A stretch of DNA of 64,000 bases from Sphaerodactylus townsendi (Eukaryota), in assembly GCF_021028975.2 (NCBI RefSeq), contig NC_059426.1, forward strand, positions 73,222,001 through 73,286,000. Reading direction: 5' to 3'. This document shows positions 60,560 to 64,000 of the stretch, piece by piece. The notes beneath the pieces were generated by a model that saw only the letters and a program-made list of their open reading frames with translations, did not search any database and was not told where the DNA came from. The position numbers were made by a program, and so were the translations under genes. The first letter of the stretch is position 1; each line of letters starts with the position of its first letter.

Positions 60560-61750
60560 AAGACTTTAAAAACCATTAACAGTTCAGCCTCTTGGCTCTT
60601 TGTTAATTTTTAGCTTAGTAATTAATTTTCTTATATGAGATGCTAAGGCTGGAGGCCACTCTGGTAGCCTTACTGCAGTCGTCGATCTAACTTCTTGCAT
60701 AGCAGTTGAAAATAAAGGAGCAAAGTGTTGTTCCCTCTCTAAAGATGTAATATGATAATTTAATGGGAAGTAAGATGTAGCATATCCCTCACAAATAACC
60801 TCCCCAAAGAGGCACAAATAATTTTGTCTGGCAGTATACAATAGTTTATCTAGTCTTGCTCTCAGATCTGTATTCTTACGACTTTTAGTTTCTGCCTTCA
60901 ATTTATGTTAATATTCCTTGAGGATTTCTTTCAACCCGTTGGCTCTGTAATCTGGATAGATTATAACTAACATTTTATAGTCTAACAATTAACACAAAGC
61001 CAATTTTGTTTTGTTTTGATATTTATTGTTTGTTGTTGATTCTGTTTTTTTATCATTACCTGACAGAATCTTTTTGGAAGACCATAATATTGTACACTTC
61101 CTGTATGATCTTCTATATCCAGTATCTAATTCTTAAGGTTAATTAAAACTTCTGAAGCATGAAGAATACTAAATTTGATTTTTAAAATCCTCAGTCCATC
61201 TAATTGTTCAAATGTACTCAGAGTAGTTGTAGTATAAATCCTTCAATATTTGAACTTTTGGATAGTTTACAATAACTTCAGAGAAATAATCTGAGAGGTC
61301 TAACCAAATTTGCTTTGACTCTCATCTTGTTTTAGCTGGAGGATTATAAACATTTATTATCAAATAAATGTTAGATGTGGACTTAAATTATAAGAAAAGT
61401 CTTTGTCTTCTATGTTTTGTTGGCAGTGGGCACAGACAATAGCCAGTTGAGATGTTGTTTAATTATTCTGAATGTTTGCCAATTTATCATTCTATTCTGG
61501 AATGGCAGTACAGTTAAAGTAAGCTGAAATTACTGCAGGGTCATAGCAACATCATTACAAACTGCCCAGTGTTGTCCTTACAGATTGAGTTGAATAAATC
61601 ATGTAATTTGGTGTCCATGAAATTTAATTTTTGAAGTAATATCTCTATCATCTTGTTAGATATTTTTAGATATATTTGTTCTGAAAGAATCATTAACGAT
61701 AGTATTTCTGTTTTTTTTTTCAATCAGCTCTTTGTTAGTACTGAATCAGT
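60560..61750 (-). mobile_element. Probable decayed L1-clade ORF2 fragment
   Basis: A-rich minus strand with short K/I/L-rich ORF remnants. Only weak motif resemblance. Confidence 0.35.
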
Positions 61751-64000
61751 GATCACTTCAGAGTCTAATCCATTTAAAACTGAATATATGTGCTCTTTTT
61801 AAAAATAATCATTTTTATTTTCTTTTAATTTTTAATTATTTGTTTATCACAACAATTATCAAAATTTGGTCTAGTTTTTTTGCACTCCATTGCCTAAAAT
61901 TAAAATATATTACGCAACAGTACAAATATTACATAATCAACAACTAAACTTAGAATTTTAAAAATTAAAACATTCAAAACTCAATCCTAACACTGAGCTC
62001 TTTACCATATAGCAATATTAAAACAATACTACCCTAACACAAACATTCTAAATCTTGAGCAGTCACCAAATTATAAATTAAATAAGCAGTAAGATATATG
62101 TGATATCGTAAGAGAGAAGGCAAAAAGAAAAAAATAGAGGAAAAATGCTTGGTCAGCAGCAGATGTTACAGCAGCATTTAATAATCTAATTTCCAGAGTC
62201 TAGAGTTGTTTTATGATACTTCTTTCACATTCCTTCACAAATCCTATTTCCTTCTTTCCCAGTCCCTCAGTTTTACTTTCATGGGTCTCTCGCCTCCACC
62301 ATAGAAATTTCATCTTCTCAAACACAGACTCAAACCAGGGCCCTGATGTAAGATTTCCAGGCCTCTGCTGGGGGCATGGGATTTCCCTCTCTGGGGTCCC
62401 TCCTATTAGCATGATTACCTGGCTAGCAGGGGACTTACTAGCAGCAGAAGAAAGCCTAGATGTGCTTTGTCAACCAACAACATGGTGCTAACAACAAGGT
62501 CACTTCTGGCTGTCATCAATCGCTAGCAATGGAAGTATGCTCTGGTATTTAGGCAAAAACTCTATGGTAAAAATGACTTCTACCACAGTCCTATGTGGCC
62601 ATCATGACATCATTTTCAGGGCATGTCAGAAATGATATTGTTCCTCACTGGCAATGCTGGTACAGGCCTATCTTTGCTTTTGGCAAGTCCCCCATCCCTC
62701 CTCAACTCCTACCAGTTTCCAGGGAATAGCTGGCAACCCTGTTCTGATGCAATCACTTCAGCTGCACACTGGGGCAATTAGCCTGAAATTCTTGCCTCAC
62801 ACTTTTCTTGCCTCATACTTTTCTGTTTCTGGGCAACCCAATCCAAAGCAGGTGGTGGTAGAGCAGCATCTGGAGAGGGTGCTACTGCATTGCCTGCAAA
62901 AAGGCAATCAGTGATATGGGTGCCAGGGGAGAAGGTGAAAACCTTTACTCCCCCAGGAAAGCCCATAGTGCAAAATGACTTACTCCACCTTTTTTTGGTG
63001 GTGTAAGTTTGAGCTGCTGGGAGAGGCCGTTCTGGACTGAAAGTGTATTGGGAGCCAATTACATGTGCCCAACCCTGCTAGCACAGACATTTGCAGTGAT
63101 GGACACTGCCCCAGAGCTGACTTTTTAGGTTGGGCGGTGCGGCGACTGACCACTGGGGTAAATCCCTTGGTTGGTTCTGGTGTCCATGCGATTTTATGCA
63201 GTGCTGGTGACACAGACACTGGGGCAACCCTTCCACTGCTTCCAATGAGGCTCCAGCCCCCAGCCCCTTTAAATTGCTCTCTAATCTCTGTTGATGTTCA
63301 CGCCAAAGTAAATATCTCATAAGAATAACTGTTTAAGATCGTCTGTCTCTTCTAAGACCAGTAGAAAGGCCATATTTCACAATTCAGAGACCAAAAAATT
63401 AATCAGCACAATAGGAGGTGAACCTCACTTGACCATGTAAAGCTGACCATATAAATGTAAAAATGCAAAAAAACTGCCATAACCCCCACCCCACCCCCGC
63501 AAAGAAGGACACCCCGTCCACCAATGCTAGCACCTCAGCTTGCATCTCAGAAAAGGAAAGTTTCCTCACCACAGAGGCCAGGCAATTATCTTGAGCTGGA
63601 GACTCCCGGGCCTTAAAACACTCAATAAACATTCGACTATAGCTCCAGAGATAACAACAAGTAATAAACAATTGTAATGGAGATCCAAAGCATGGTTCCA
63701 AATGCTGTCCAACCATATGGCTTCCAGAAAAAGGAAGAATTCTTCCCTATTGTCTGTAAGAACTGCAGAAGTCTCAGAGAACAGCTATGGCTTTCAGCAA
63801 TGATAGTCAACTAGCTCATTTTCCCCTAAAGCCAAATCTGTTTCCTGGTGGATTTAAAATGTATAGTTAGGACTGGCTGGAAAGCATTCCTCTTAAGCAA
63901 AGAGAGAGAAAGTTAAGGCAGTCAGACGCAAAGAATAATACCAGGGAAGGAAATTTGAATGAAGCGCCTGTGAACAATTATAACCATGAATGTGGTGGAG

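Overview
This is vertebrate genomic DNA, almost certainly from a squamate reptile and probably a gecko (inferred from the repeat repertoire only). The window is repeat-rich and essentially intergenic. The only clear gene-associated feature is a CpG island at about 1.2-2.9 kb. It holds a candidate minus-strand first coding exon (ATG at 2248, MYLDPESAK, strong AAG|GTAAGA donor at 2221/2220) of a gene I cannot name, which would continue off the left edge. A divergent plus-strand exon is also possible. The remaining ~61 kb is a mosaic of CR1, L2, RTE, L1-like and Penelope-like retroelement fragments, tRNA-derived SINEs, hAT-type MITEs with 8-bp TSDs, PIF/Harbinger-type elements with a transposase fossil, two non-autonomous Helitrons, LTR/Gypsy remnants, microsatellites, one 249-N assembly gap and a few repeat-free stretches that look like enhancers. 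No intact host CDS, rRNA, true tRNA or CRISPR array is supported. I found no convincing new biological system. The most interesting signals concern TE architecture: nesting, shared internal modules, hairpin-apex breakage, a captured Pol III cassette and a hairpin-sequestered poly(A) signal. Family assignments come from recalled motifs, not database searches.
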